Origin: Terriglobia bacterium
GTDB lineage: Bacteria; Acidobacteriota; Terriglobia; Acidiferrales; UBA7541
Assembly (NCBI GenBank): GCA_963695545.1
Contig: OY968796.1
Coordinates: 544,001-608,000 of the forward strand
DNA length: 64,000 nucleotides
Direction: 5' to 3'
Under the pieces are notes generated by a model. The model worked only from the letters and a program-made list of their open reading frames with translations, did no database searches and was not told the origin of the DNA. The position numbers and the translations under genes were made by a program. This document shows positions 19,610 through 29,945 of the stretch, piece after piece (the first letter of the stretch is position 1; each line of letters starts with the position of its first letter).

Positions 19610-20335
19610 TTACTCGGATTCCAGTAGCGTTTTGACGTGGGCTTCGAGGGCAACGCAATATTGGCGTTCGGCTTCGAGTTCGGCCTGAAGTTTTTTCACG
19701 AGCAGATCGAGACGTACGATTTCGCGCTTGAGTTTCTGGGCGTCGATCGATATGGCGTCCGCGCGCGCGGCCTGTGGTTTGCTCGCAAGCTGGCCGTTCG
19801 CTCGGGCGCTCGGCGCGGGCGCGGCAGGTGGTGTCGAAGGCGGAGGTGCAACAGGCGCGGGAGCGAAAATTCCGGTCAACGGGCCTGTTGCCGTCGATGG
19901 TGCTGCGGGAGCAAAAGCAGGCGCGGAAACGGGTTCCTCAATATGGAGGAGACTTTTCACGCGCGCGATCAGTTCCTGCGGCTGAAACGGCTTGCGGATG
20001 AGTTCGTCGGCTTTTACCTCCTTGGCTTTTTCCGCGACGGTACGATTCACAATTCCGGACATGAGAATTACCGGCTTCAAATTGAATTGCGGATGTTGTT
20101 TGACGAACTGGCAGACTTCGTAGCCGTTTTTGTCGGGCATGATGACGTCGGTGATGACGGCATCGGGTGGGTCGAGGTCGAATTGCGCTAGCGCCGAGGC
20201 AGCGTCGGCGCAGGCCACGACCTTGAAATTTTCGCGGCGAAAGGCGACGCGAATTACTTCGCGCATGGTGGCGCTGTCGTCGATGAAATAAATTGTCGGG
20301 ACGTGGCCGGTTGCGACGTCGGGTGTGGCGCTCAT
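19610..20335 (-). CDS. Response regulator: receiver, Pro/Ala linker, C-terminal coiled coil
   Basis: FIDDS...VITDVIMPDKNGYEVC...LMSG...IRKPF. Confidence 0.9.
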   Translation of the reverse strand: MSATPDVATGHVPTIYFIDDSATMREVIRVAFRRENFKVVACADAASALAQFDLDPPDAVITDVIMPDKNGYEVCQFVKQHPQFNLKPVILMSGIVNRTVAEKAKEVKADELIRKPFQPQELIARVKSLLHIEEPVSAPAFAPAAPSTATGPLTGIFAPAPVAPPPSTPPAAPAPSARANGQLASKPQAARADAISIDAQKLKREIVRLDLLVKKLQAELEAERQYCVALEAHVKTLLESE

Positions 20336-21105
20336 CGTGTTTGGCCTCCCGTGGTTTCGTGGCGCTGTTCATCGAATTCGCGCATGGCGTCGAGAATCAA
20401 ATCGGTGGTGGAGCGCAGCACGGATCGCTTTAGCGCCGTGGCACCGTAAACAAATTTGTAAGTGCCGTGGCTTGCGCCGTAGCAATTCTTGACGATTTCC
20501 ATGACCGCCTCGTCGCCGAATTTGCTGGCGCATTCGGCGTGCGAGATCGCGCCGGCCTCGAAGAAAATCAGGCCGTCGATTTCACCGGCATTCACGTGAA
20601 GAGCGCCGGTCTGGCTGGCTTGACCGAGCATCTGGATGACGGTGGCCAAATCCATGTGCGAGAGATCGCCGCCGAGAGCGGTGTCCGGGGCGGCGACCAT
20701 TTGCGTGGGCTGAAAACCTTCGACGCGGCTCTGGAGAAACGCGCGCACGTGCGCCGCGATGTCGTCGGGGCCGCGACGTCGATCGACATAATCGGCGCAA
20801 CCGGCGCTGAAGGCATCGAGCAGGGCCTGTTCGCCGCCGCTGCCGATGGCGATGACCGGAATGGCGGCGGTATTTGCGTCGGCGTGGAGAATGGCCGCGA
20901 TCTTGAGAGCGTCCAACTCGCGCAGATTTGTGGCGCAGAGAATCGCATCGGGCGTGTTCCATTCGAGCATGGTGAGCGCGTAGGCAGATTGCGTGCAGGA
21001 GGTGACGTCGAAGCCCTCGACTTTCAGCGCATCGGCGAGACGCTTCGCGAAATAGACGTTGCTATCGATCAGCAGAATTCTGGGAACGGCGTTGACGGAG
21101 GTCAC
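20332..21105 (-). CDS. Pseudo-receiver plus DUF4388 (PatA-N-like) domain protein
   Basis: Receiver fold with ILCA at the phospho-Asp position; LGGDLSHMDLATVIQML...TGALHV...GLIFFEAGAISHA; GTG start with GGAGG SD. Confidence 0.85.
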   Translation of the reverse strand: MTSVNAVPRILLIDSNVYFAKRLADALKVEGFDVTSCTQSAYALTMLEWNTPDAILCATNLRELDALKIAAILHADANTAAIPVIAIGSGGEQALLDAFSAGCADYVDRRRGPDDIAAHVRAFLQSRVEGFQPTQMVAAPDTALGGDLSHMDLATVIQMLGQASQTGALHVNAGEIDGLIFFEAGAISHAECASKFGDEAVMEIVKNCYGASHGTYKFVYGATALKRSVLRSTTDLILDAMREFDEQRHETTGGQTR

Positions 21106-21569
21106 GGATGTGCCTCCACGAGCAAAGATTCCACTGGCGGCTGGGATGGGGCAAAGACAGCGTCGAGATCGAGGACCGGCACTTGCTCGTCGCCGAAGTG
21201 CACCACGGCGGTGACGTAGGGTGGGGCGCCTGCCTCGGGCGATTGCAGCGGCGCGCTGAAAAGTTCGCAATCGCCCATCACGGGAATGGCGCACCACTCA
21301 CGCGCCGCGCCGAATCTGCGTGCCGCGATCAGATAGAACTTGCGATGCTGGGTCTCGGGTCCGGCAACGACTCGGGCGACATCGGCCACGGGCACGACTT
21401 GTCCGCGGCGCACGAGAACACCGAGCAAGAGCGGAGTGGTGTGCGGAAAAACCTGCAAGCTGCCCGGCACGACGAGTTCGATGACGGTTTCGGCAGGTAA
21501 CGCGAAGCGGCGCGCGGCGAGCGTGAGCAGCACGAACGAGCCGGCGCCGTTTGATGTGGTGGCGCTCAT
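21102..21569 (-). CDS. cheW: CheW-like protein
   Basis: FALPAETVIE...FPHTTPLLLGVLVRRGQVVPVAD...VLDLD. Confidence 0.85.
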   Translation of the reverse strand: MSATTSNGAGSFVLLTLAARRFALPAETVIELVVPGSLQVFPHTTPLLLGVLVRRGQVVPVADVARVVAGPETQHRKFYLIAARRFGAAREWCAIPVMGDCELFSAPLQSPEAGAPPYVTAVVHFGDEQVPVLDLDAVFAPSQPPVESLLVEAHP

Positions 21570-22102
21570 GCGGCCGAGGCTCCAGCGGGAGCGGCTTTGT
21601 CGCGCTGCGAGATCGCGAATGCGGAATCGAGGAGCGCGATATCTTCGGCCGTCAAGAATCCCGATGGATGGACGACGGGAACCACGCGATCGCCGATCAG
21701 CGCGAGTCCGCGATACCAGCGGCGCTCTTCGCCGGAAAATGCGCGCGGCAGCGGGCGCACGGCGGAGATTTCGATCATTTCCTCGATGCGATCGACCAGC
21801 GCGCAGGCGCGCGATTTGCGCAACACGAGGACAAGAGTGGGCCGCGTGACCGGCAATCCGAAGTGCAAACCCGCGTGCACAACGAAATAGGATTTTCCAC
21901 CACGTTCGATTCTGTGGCGCACTTTATTCAGGCCCGATTGCGCGAGTTCGGTTGCGGCGCCGGCCAGGCTGTCTGTGCTGCGAATTTCCTGCACGGCATC
22001 CATGGCGATCGCGAATCGGCAAGAGGCGATGGAAAACACGATGACTTGCTCGCTGCGTTTCGCGGGCCGGACGGATTTCGATTTCGTCGCGACGGGACTC
22101 AT
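21566..22102 (-). CDS. cheW: CheW-like protein (divergent)
   Basis: VIVFSIASCRFAIAMDAVQEI...ALVDRIEEM...WYRGLALIGDRVVPVV. Confidence 0.8.
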   Translation of the reverse strand: MSPVATKSKSVRPAKRSEQVIVFSIASCRFAIAMDAVQEIRSTDSLAGAATELAQSGLNKVRHRIERGGKSYFVVHAGLHFGLPVTRPTLVLVLRKSRACALVDRIEEMIEISAVRPLPRAFSGEERRWYRGLALIGDRVVPVVHPSGFLTAEDIALLDSAFAISQRDKAAPAGASAA

Positions 22103-23223
22103 CGCACGCCGACCGGATGCGCGTGAGCGAGACTAAGAACGCGATTTTCAAGTGCCGGATAAATATCGTCGATCGGGAGGACCTGCGCGACGGCTCCTGT
22201 TTTGATGGCTTCGGCCGGCATTCCGAAAATCACGGCCGTCGATTCGTCTTCCGCGATCACAAGACCTCCGGCCGATTTGATGGCAAGAGCGCCTTCGGCG
22301 CCGTCGTTGCCCATGCCGGTGAGCACCACACCGATAGACAAGTTTCCGGCGACCTCGGCGACGCTTTGCATCGCAACATTGGCGCAGGGGCGATAACCGG
22401 AGATGCGCGGTCCGTCGTCGAGAGAAATTCGGCGCGGCGCGATCAGACGCACGTGATGCGAGCCGGGGCACAGATAGAGCGTGCCGGGCTGAGCGATTTC
22501 GCCTTCTTCGGCTTCCTTTACGCGGATGCGGCTGGCTTCGGCGAGTTGCGCGCTGAACTGTTTCGTGAATGCTGCCGGCATGTGCAGCACGGCGAGCACG
22601 GCGGCGGGAAAATCCTTGCGGAATTTCGGAACCAGGCGCATGAGCGTGGCGGGGCCGCCGGTGGAAGCCGTGATTACGACGATGGGAATGCGGGTGGAAT
22701 CGTTCGGCGGATCGGGGGGCTCATTCTCTTGCGCCGCTGCGCGCTGAGGCTGCGACTGAGTTTGCGGCGCGGCGGAAACGCTCGACTTCGGGCGGGTGGC
22801 AGTGCGCACGACGCGAACTTTCGCGGCGAGACGCAACTTGCGCGAAAGTTCGTCGCGCACGAGATTCATATCGAGATCGACGCCGCTTTTGGGCTTGGCC
22901 ACGAAATCGATCGCGCCGAGCGAAAGCCCGCGCAGGGTGCTGGCCGCGCCCTCGCGCGATTCCGAGCTGACGATTACGATGGGGCGCGGATGTTGCGACA
23001 TGATGAGCTCGATGGCTTCGAGGCCGTCGACGTGCGGCATCATGATGTCCATGGTGATGACGTCGGGATCGAGCGATTGCGCGAGCGAAACCGCTTCGCG
23101 GCCGTCGCGCGCTTCGCCGATCACTTGCAGCGCGGAGTCCGCGGAGATGATTCCGCGCAGAACTTTACGCATGAACGCGGAATCGTCGACGATCAGCACG
23201 CGGATTTTTTTCTCGGCGCTCAT
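22099..23223 (-). CDS. cheB: Chemotaxis response regulator protein-glutamate methylesterase
   Basis: Receiver VDDSAFMR/ITMDIMMP; ASTGG, HMP, LTGMGNDG catalytic motifs. Confidence 0.95.
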   Translation of the reverse strand: MSAEKKIRVLIVDDSAFMRKVLRGIISADSALQVIGEARDGREAVSLAQSLDPDVITMDIMMPHVDGLEAIELIMSQHPRPIVIVSSESREGAASTLRGLSLGAIDFVAKPKSGVDLDMNLVRDELSRKLRLAAKVRVVRTATRPKSSVSAAPQTQSQPQRAAAQENEPPDPPNDSTRIPIVVITASTGGPATLMRLVPKFRKDFPAAVLAVLHMPAAFTKQFSAQLAEASRIRVKEAEEGEIAQPGTLYLCPGSHHVRLIAPRRISLDDGPRISGYRPCANVAMQSVAEVAGNLSIGVVLTGMGNDGAEGALAIKSAGGLVIAEDESTAVIFGMPAEAIKTGAVAQVLPIDDIYPALENRVLSLAHAHPVGVR

Positions 23224-23232
23224 TTCAATTTC

Positions 23233-26214
23233 TCATTCCATCGGCTCATCGCGTAGCGCGCCCGCGAGGGCGTTAGCGGCTTCGCGCGTTCCCGCGGCGG
23301 CTCCGATCAATTTTGAAACTTCGGCCAGGAGCTGCTCTTCTTGCACGGGCTTGGTGAGGAAACCGGCGGCGCCTTCTTTTATCGCGCGATCACGGTGCTT
23401 GGCACCGGCGCGCGAAGTCACAACCAGAACGGGAATGCGGCGCGTGATCGGATCCTGGCGGAGGTGCGCCATCAATTCGTATCCATTCATGCGCGGCATT
23501 TCGAGATCCGTGACGATGAGATGGCAACCGCTTTGGGCGACGACTTCGCTGGCTTCGAGTCCATCGGAGGCGAGACGCACGCGATAGCCGCGCTTTTCGA
23601 GCATTCTGCCGACGAACTTGCGCACGCTGATGGAATCGTCTACGACGACGACGACCGCTTCGCTTTCAATTCTGTCCATGGCTTCGGCGGGTATGCTGCC
23701 GGACGCAACGGCGGACGCGCCGGGCGCGAAGACGCGAGCGGCGCTGGCGCTGGCGAGAATGGCGGGGCGCTGCGAGACATCGGCGGAGACAAGGCGATTG
23801 AGATCGATGAGCAGAATCAGGCTGCCATCGGGAGCGATCGTGGTGCCGGGGAAAAGTTTTACTTTGCGCAGATACTCGCCGAGGCCCTTGATGACGATTT
23901 CGTCTTTGCCAATGACTTCTTCGACGAGAATTCCAACTTGGCGTCCGGCGACCTTCACGATCACGAGGCGCAGCGAACCGTTCGAGGCTTCAAGCGGGGC
24001 CAGGCCGAGCTGCACGTCGAGGCGCACGACCTCGGTGACGACGTCGCGCACTTTTGTGAGCGGCTTGCCGCCGACGACATCGATTTCGTCGGGGCGGATG
24101 CGGCGGATTTCTTCGACGACCGCGAGCGGGAGCGCGAAAACAGAGCTTCCACAGCGCACGTAGAGCGCTTGCGAGATGATCAGCGTGAGCGGAACTTTCA
24201 GCGTGAAGCAAGTTCCCGCGCCGGGCGTGCTGCGGACTTCGATTTCGCCGTTGAGGCCGTGCACGTTCGAGCGCACGACGTCGAGTCCGACGCCGCGGCC
24301 GGAGAGTTCGGTTTTGAGCGCGGCGGTGGAAATCCCCGGATGGAAAAGAAGATCCTGGAGATCGCGTTCGGTGAGCCCGACGGCGGCGGCCGGAGAAAAT
24401 ACTCCAGCCTGGATGGCGCGCTCGCGAACACGTTCGTAATCGATGCCGCGACCATCGTCTTCGACTTCTATGTAAATGTGATTGCCGTGATGATACGCGC
24501 GCACAGAGACGCGGCCGCGCGGGGACTTGCCTGCCTGCGTGCGATCGGAGGGAAATTCGATGCCGTGGGCGACGCAGTTGCGGACCAGGTGGATCAATGG
24601 GTCGGAGATCTGCTGAATGATGTTGTTGTCGAGCGAGGTCTCGGCTCCTTCGAGAGACAGATCGACCTGCTTGCCGGATTCTTTTGCGGCGTCGCGCGCG
24701 GTGCGCGTGAGGCGCGTGTAGAGATTTCCGATGGGCACCATGCGCGCTTGGGTGATTTCGTCCTGCAGGTGGTGCGCGAGTTTGGTGAATTCATCGATGT
24801 CGGTTTCGGCGCGGCCCTTGAAAGAGTTAAGTTGCGTCAAGACTTCGGTCACGTCGGCGGAAATTTCGGTCATGGAGCGCGACAGGATACTGAAATCGTC
24901 GTAGCGGTCGAGTTCGAGTTCGGAGAATTCGCCGAGCGGGGACTTGGCCGACTCCCTTCGCGCTTCGCCGGAAAAACTTCCCATTGAAACTGATCCGGGG
25001 CCGCGCCAGGTCTGGCCGATTCGCGCGAACTCGTATTTGTCCTGGAACTCAGAAACCTTGTCGGACAAGCGGCGCTTCGAGAAGCCGAGGACGTCAACCA
25101 ATCGCGCGAGCTCAGCCAATCGGCCGATCATGCGCGTGCGACTGATGATCAATTCGCCGACGGTATTCATCATGCGATCGAGACGGTCGAGCGGGATGCG
25201 CAGCGATTTGCTCTGCGGCGCGCCGGGGCGCGCTGTTCTTGCTATCGCGTCGACTGCGAGAGGTTCGATTGGCGGAGCGTTTTCCGATTCCGGAACGCGC
25301 GGGGACGCGGACTCTGCGCCCAATTCCTTCGGGGAGATTTCCGCGAGGCGCGACAAGAGAGCCCCAACGGCGGAGCGCATGGCGTCGTCATTTTCCCAAT
25401 CGCGGCGCAACAATTTCTTGAGCGTGTCAACTGTTTCAAGGCACACGTCAACGACTTCGGCGCTGGGCTGCAATTCGCCGTCTCGAATCCGGCCGAGAAG
25501 ATCTTCCGCGCGGTGCGCGATGGCCGCGACGCGGCGCAGGCCGACTTGCGCGGATGAACCCTTCACCGTGTGCATGGAGCGAAAGAGGCGGTGCACTTCT
25601 TCGGGGCTGGCGTTGGCCTCGAGCGCGAGCAAAGAATCGGTGACGACTTGCAGGTGTTCTTCGGCCTCGGGCAGGAAGAATTCGAGAACCTCATCGGAAA
25701 CTTCGCCGTCATCGGGAAGTGCCGCGAAGAGCGCGTCGCCTGTGGGAAAAGTCTCGCGCGGCGTCTCTGCGACGTCCGCCCCGGCCGGAGGGGGCAGGCT
25801 CGCGGCTTGCGCCGCGGCGGCTTCGGGAAAGGCGAATGCGTAGCGCAGTTTGAATGCCGCGATTTCTCCGGCGAGCTCTTCGCCGTTTGAGCCGATCTCG
25901 ATCAGATCGAATTCCAGAACGGAAATCCCGTCGGCCAGAAATTCGGTGAGCGGGCCGCGCGTTTCGGGGCTGAGCGCGGCATTTCGCGCGTACTGAAATA
26001 CATGGGCAAGTTTGTTCGCGATTTCCGACAGCAGGGGAAACTCGTATTTGCGCGACGCCTCAGCTAATGCAACTGCCGCGTCGTGGAGCTTGCGGACCGT
26101 CTCTTCTTCGGGCACGTCTTCCTGAAGGACGCCGGCGTACTCGCGCAAATACTGCAGATGCTCGGACGCATCCTGGAGGAGCAGTTCGAGCGCTTCGCGG
26201 TTTGGCGCGCTCAT
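23233..26214 (-). CDS. cheA: Hybrid CheA/ChpA-like kinase (pseudo-Hpt, Hpt, dimerisation, HATPase, CheW, receiver)
   Basis: MHTVKGSS, HLVRNCVAHGIE, DDGRGID, SGRGVGLDVV, C-terminal VDDSISVR/TDLEMP/LTKP. Confidence 0.95.
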   Translation of the reverse strand: MSAPNREALELLLQDASEHLQYLREYAGVLQEDVPEEETVRKLHDAAVALAEASRKYEFPLLSEIANKLAHVFQYARNAALSPETRGPLTEFLADGISVLEFDLIEIGSNGEELAGEIAAFKLRYAFAFPEAAAAQAASLPPPAGADVAETPRETFPTGDALFAALPDDGEVSDEVLEFFLPEAEEHLQVVTDSLLALEANASPEEVHRLFRSMHTVKGSSAQVGLRRVAAIAHRAEDLLGRIRDGELQPSAEVVDVCLETVDTLKKLLRRDWENDDAMRSAVGALLSRLAEISPKELGAESASPRVPESENAPPIEPLAVDAIARTARPGAPQSKSLRIPLDRLDRMMNTVGELIISRTRMIGRLAELARLVDVLGFSKRRLSDKVSEFQDKYEFARIGQTWRGPGSVSMGSFSGEARRESAKSPLGEFSELELDRYDDFSILSRSMTEISADVTEVLTQLNSFKGRAETDIDEFTKLAHHLQDEITQARMVPIGNLYTRLTRTARDAAKESGKQVDLSLEGAETSLDNNIIQQISDPLIHLVRNCVAHGIEFPSDRTQAGKSPRGRVSVRAYHHGNHIYIEVEDDGRGIDYERVRERAIQAGVFSPAAAVGLTERDLQDLLFHPGISTAALKTELSGRGVGLDVVRSNVHGLNGEIEVRSTPGAGTCFTLKVPLTLIISQALYVRCGSSVFALPLAVVEEIRRIRPDEIDVVGGKPLTKVRDVVTEVVRLDVQLGLAPLEASNGSLRLVIVKVAGRQVGILVEEVIGKDEIVIKGLGEYLRKVKLFPGTTIAPDGSLILLIDLNRLVSADVSQRPAILASASAARVFAPGASAVASGSIPAEAMDRIESEAVVVVVDDSISVRKFVGRMLEKRGYRVRLASDGLEASEVVAQSGCHLIVTDLEMPRMNGYELMAHLRQDPITRRIPVLVVTSRAGAKHRDRAIKEGAAGFLTKPVQEEQLLAEVSKLIGAAAGTREAANALAGALRDEPME

Positions 26215-27089
26215 GATTTCGCCCCTGCGAGCGCGTGCGCGGGAACCGCAGCGCCGGGTTTGCGGTAGACGATGCAATCGCCGTGCTGGATGGATTCGAG
26301 TTTCAACGATTTGTTCGCGATGGACTCAGAGTGGCCGAGGAAAAGATATCCGCCGGGCTCGAGCGCGTCGTAGAAACGCTGCAGGACCCAGTGGCGCTGC
26401 TCATCGGAAAAATAAATCAGCACGTTCATGCAGAAGATGCAGTCCATGCGACCCACGTAAACGGCTTGTGCGAGATTCATGGGCGAGAATGTGATCCAGC
26501 GGCGCAGGCGCGGGCGGACTTTGAAGTGGGTCCCGTCGGCGGCGAAATGGGTTTTGATCTGATCGGGCGTGAGATTTTCGAGCGCACGCCGGCCGTAGAC
26601 GCCGCGCTCGGCGTGTTTCAGGGCGCGTTGACTGATGTCGGTGGCGAGAATCTCCACGTTCCATGCGTCGGCGAATTCGAGAGCGTCCGCGATGGCGATC
26701 GCTATCGAGTAGGGCTCTTCACCGGTGGAACATCCCGCGCTCCAGATGCGCAGCGTGCGATCCTTCTCCCAGAATTTCTTGGCTTGCAATTCGGTGAGGA
26801 TGCGGCGGACCAAAGCTTGATAGACGGCGGGGTAACGGAAGAACGAGGTCTCTTGCGTGAGCAGGCGCTCGAGCAGCGCGTCGTATTCGGAGTTCGAGGA
26901 CGCGATTCGGCGGAACATGGCGGTGGAATCCGCGAAGCCGCGCTCGCGCAAATGCTCGATGACCCGCGTGGAAAAGAAGCGTTCGCGAGATTCGTCAAAC
27001 TGAATCCCGGAACGCTGCTCGATCAACACGCGGATCTCATCGAGCTCACGCTCGGTGACTCTCGAATTGGCCGACGCCTTTTCTTTCAT
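26211..27089 (-). CDS. cheR: Protein-glutamate O-methyltransferase
   Basis: TQETSFFR, IWSAGCSTGEEPYSIA, IFCMNVLIYF, LGHSES. Confidence 0.95.
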   Translation of the reverse strand: MKEKASANSRVTERELDEIRVLIEQRSGIQFDESRERFFSTRVIEHLRERGFADSTAMFRRIASSNSEYDALLERLLTQETSFFRYPAVYQALVRRILTELQAKKFWEKDRTLRIWSAGCSTGEEPYSIAIAIADALEFADAWNVEILATDISQRALKHAERGVYGRRALENLTPDQIKTHFAADGTHFKVRPRLRRWITFSPMNLAQAVYVGRMDCIFCMNVLIYFSDEQRHWVLQRFYDALEPGGYLFLGHSESIANKSLKLESIQHGDCIVYRKPGAAVPAHALAGAKS

Positions 27090-27147
27090 GATCGCCACGC
27101 GTTACGCGCCCGCGATTGGCGGGCGAGCGACTCCGCGAAATTCCGCG

Positions 27148-28593
27148 TTAGCGGCGCACCCCCGCTCCGGCAGGCTGCCGAGGCTCGTGCGCTTCCTGCG
27201 CGGCCTTGGCGGCGGGCGTGCGGAGTTGGCTGAGCGCGTCATTCAATTGCTCGGAGAGTTGCACGACCTGGCCGACGGTGCTCACCGTTTGTCGCGCGCC
27301 CTGCGAAGTCTGGCGCGTGATGCCGGAGATGATTTGCATGGCATTCGCCACGCTTTCCGTTCCGCGCACCTGCTGCTTCGAGGCGAGCGAAATTTCCTGG
27401 ACGAGTTCGGCGGACTGCCGCACGACGCTGGAAATCGCTTCGAGCGCCTTTCCGGCTTGATCGGCCAGGCCCGCGCCGACTTCCACTTCCTTGGTGCCCT
27501 CTTCCATGACGACGACCGCTTCGTTCGTCTCGGCTTGAATCGCCTTGATGAGTGCGGCGATATCTTTGGTGGCGCTGCGGGAGTGTTCGGCGAGCTTGCG
27601 GACTTCGTCGGCGACGACGGCGAATCCGCGGCCGGCTTCTCCGGCGCGCGCGGCTTCGATAGCGGCGTTGAGCGCGAGCAAGTTGGTTTGCTCGGTGATG
27701 TCGTTGATGACGTTGATGATTTCCGAAATTTCAAGAGAGCGGTCGCCGAGCGATTTAATTTTCTTGGCGGTGGCTTGCACTTGCGCGCGGATGCGCTGCA
27801 TGCCTTCGAGCGTGTCGCGCACGGCGCGGTTGCCTTGTTCGGCGGCGTCGAGAGCGCGGCGCGCGGCTTCGGCGCTGGCTTCGGCGTTGTTCGAGACCTG
27901 CTTCATCGAAACCGTCAGCTCTTCGACGGCCGATGAAGTGTTGGTGATTTCCTGGTCCTGCTGCAGAGCGCCGCTGGTCATTTCCTCGGCCGCGGCGAGA
28001 ATGTTGTTGGTGCTGGCGGCGACATCGGCCGCGGGGCGCCGTACGTTATCGAGCACTTTCGTGAAGTAGTCGAGCATGGCGTTGATGGAATCGGTGACGT
28101 TGGTGAGCGCTTCGCAGGTGGCGCGCGCGCGTTGCGTGAGATCGCCGCGCGCCGCTTGATTGATCACGCCGAGCAGATCGCCGAGGCCGCGCTGTACGGA
28201 TTCCTGCGTTTCCTGGTTCGCCACGGCGCGGGTCAGCTTGCCGGCGCTGCGATGCAGATTGTCGGCGATGGCGCCGAATTCATCCTGCGACGAAATATCC
28301 ACGCGGCTACCGGCCTCGCCGGTGACGAAAAGCTCGGAATACTTCTCGAGTTCACGAACCGGCCGCAGCACTCGGCGGCTGAGGACCACCGCGAGCGCCG
28401 CGGCTGCAAGGCCGCAGAGCAGGAGCGCCCCGAACAATTCTTCGGCCGCGCCCATCGGCAGAGCTGGGGCCTGCAGCAAGGAGAGGCCGCCGGCGTTGCG
28501 GCCAGCCTGGAAGGCCAGCGCCAACACGCCGACAGCGCATGCGGTGCTCCAGAGAATCACCAGCCAGATTGTTGAACTCAAACGCGTTTTCAT
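27148..28593 (-). CDS. Methyl-accepting chemotaxis protein, PilJ-like, with very short extracytoplasmic loop
   Basis: Two TMs, [45 protein letters not shown] before the ATG at 28593. Confidence 0.95.
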   Translation of the reverse strand: MKTRLSSTIWLVILWSTACAVGVLALAFQAGRNAGGLSLLQAPALPMGAAEELFGALLLCGLAAAALAVVLSRRVLRPVRELEKYSELFVTGEAGSRVDISSQDEFGAIADNLHRSAGKLTRAVANQETQESVQRGLGDLLGVINQAARGDLTQRARATCEALTNVTDSINAMLDYFTKVLDNVRRPAADVAASTNNILAAAEEMTSGALQQDQEITNTSSAVEELTVSMKQVSNNAEASAEAARRALDAAEQGNRAVRDTLEGMQRIRAQVQATAKKIKSLGDRSLEISEIINVINDITEQTNLLALNAAIEAARAGEAGRGFAVVADEVRKLAEHSRSATKDIAALIKAIQAETNEAVVVMEEGTKEVEVGAGLADQAGKALEAISSVVRQSAELVQEISLASKQQVRGTESVANAMQIISGITRQTSQGARQTVSTVGQVVQLSEQLNDALSQLRTPAAKAAQEAHEPRQPAGAGVRR

Positions 28594-28693
28594 GACTTCC
28601 TCCGGAAAAACTTTCTCAACATCGCGCTCCGTGCGGGCCGGCCGGTTCGCAAAGAACAGACCAACGGAAGGAAGCGTCTCCGCTTCCCACGCT

Positions 28694-29218
28694 TCAGAGC
28701 AATGGAACTGGAAAAACTTCGACCAGCCGGCGAAGATCCAGCACCAGCGCAAGCCGGTCTTCGTGCCGCAGCATGCCGCGGCAATGCGGCATGTCTTTGG
28801 GGCCATCGTTCAGTAGCGATTCATCGGAGACGGAATACGTTCCGATCACTTCGTCCGCGGCGATTCCGAGGCGCAGAGAATCCTGCTGGCCCTCGGCGGG
28901 GAGCACGGCGACGACCACGTGCTTGGGCAATAGACCCGGGCGGCGGCCTTCGGTGACAGCGATGTCCACGAGAGGCACGATGGTGCCGCGCAAATTAAAA
29001 ATCCCGGCCATGAACGGCGGCGCGAGCGGAATGCGTGTGACGATCGGCCAATCGACCACTTCCTCTATGTCCAGAACGGAAAGGCAATATCGCTCGCGGC
29101 CCGCGCGGAAAACGCAGTACAAGCGTTCGGGCGCGCGCTCTTCGGTCGGCGCGCGATCGCCGGCGTCGAGGGCGTCAGCATCGGTCGTCAGCAGATCTTG
29201 TTGTGATTCGTCAGCCAT
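28694..29218 (-). CDS. cheW: CheW protein
   Basis: DIEEVV...[32 protein letters not shown]. Confidence 0.92.
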   Translation of the reverse strand: MADESQQDLLTTDADALDAGDRAPTEERAPERLYCVFRAGRERYCLSVLDIEEVVDWPIVTRIPLAPPFMAGIFNLRGTIVPLVDIAVTEGRRPGLLPKHVVVAVLPAEGQQDSLRLGIAADEVIGTYSVSDESLLNDGPKDMPHCRGMLRHEDRLALVLDLRRLVEVFPVPLL

Positions 29219-29246
29219 TCCACATTCCTTTGCGGCGGCGCTCGAT

Positions 29247-29927
29247 TCAGGATTCCCGGAGCAACGTGGGAGACGCGAGTTCCGTCTCCGCCTGAGATTC
29301 CTTTTCGGCCTTTTGCATTTCCACGGCGAGCGACGAAAATCGCTGCATGATTTCATTCAGCCGCAACGCCATCGAGTGGATCGTTCTCACTTGCTCGAGA
29401 TTGCGCGGCGCGACCTGGGCGTGATCGGCGAGCAGGATGTCCGCGTTGCCGATGAGCGAGGTGAGCGCGTCGTTGATGCTGTGGCGCATCTCGATCAAGT
29501 ATCGGCCGAGCATCACGATGCGTTCGGCGCGTTCGGCGCGCGCGGAAGCTTCGGCGCGGTGCAGCGCTTCGCTTCCGAGCAGAATCAGCGTGTCCGGCCA
29601 GCCCGCGCGGTGCAGCAGCACCGGCATGTTCGGGTGTTCGGTCTTCACGGCGGCGGCGCAGGCCTCGTCTCCCACCACGTAGACCGCGGCATCGCAGGAA
29701 TCGAGCGAGCGCAGAATCGCGAGGAGTTTGCCGGGGCGCAACGGGCCGACGATGACAAGCGCGCATCCGATAGTGGAGGCCGCCGTCCAAACGTCGCTGG
29801 GCACGAGCGTGATTTCGGGGACGTTCCGCTCAGATTGCCAGCGCGCCATCAACGTGCGGGCGAATTCACGATCGTCCGAGACGATCACGGCGCGAGTGCG
29901 AAGCAGGCTGTCGTTCTTGCTCTTCAT
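29247..29927 (-). CDS. Degenerate receiver plus HisKA dimerisation/phosphoacceptor domain, no ATPase domain
   Basis: IVSDDREF...; LIEMRHSINDALTSLIGNADILL...IHSMALRLNEIMQRF, then stop about 25 aa later. Confidence 0.8.
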   Translation of the reverse strand: MKSKNDSLLRTRAVIVSDDREFARTLMARWQSERNVPEITLVPSDVWTAASTIGCALVIVGPLRPGKLLAILRSLDSCDAAVYVVGDEACAAAVKTEHPNMPVLLHRAGWPDTLILLGSEALHRAEASARAERAERIVMLGRYLIEMRHSINDALTSLIGNADILLADHAQVAPRNLEQVRTIHSMALRLNEIMQRFSSLAVEMQKAEKESQAETELASPTLLRES

Positions 29928-29945
29928 TTCTTGCTCTTGGTTGCG

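Noticed and set aside
23341..24987. Long antisense ORFs (also 28773-30092, 48974-50401, 59743-60984, 61006-62502)
   Set aside because: Shadow frames opposite well-supported genes in GC-rich DNA, with no recognisable motifs.
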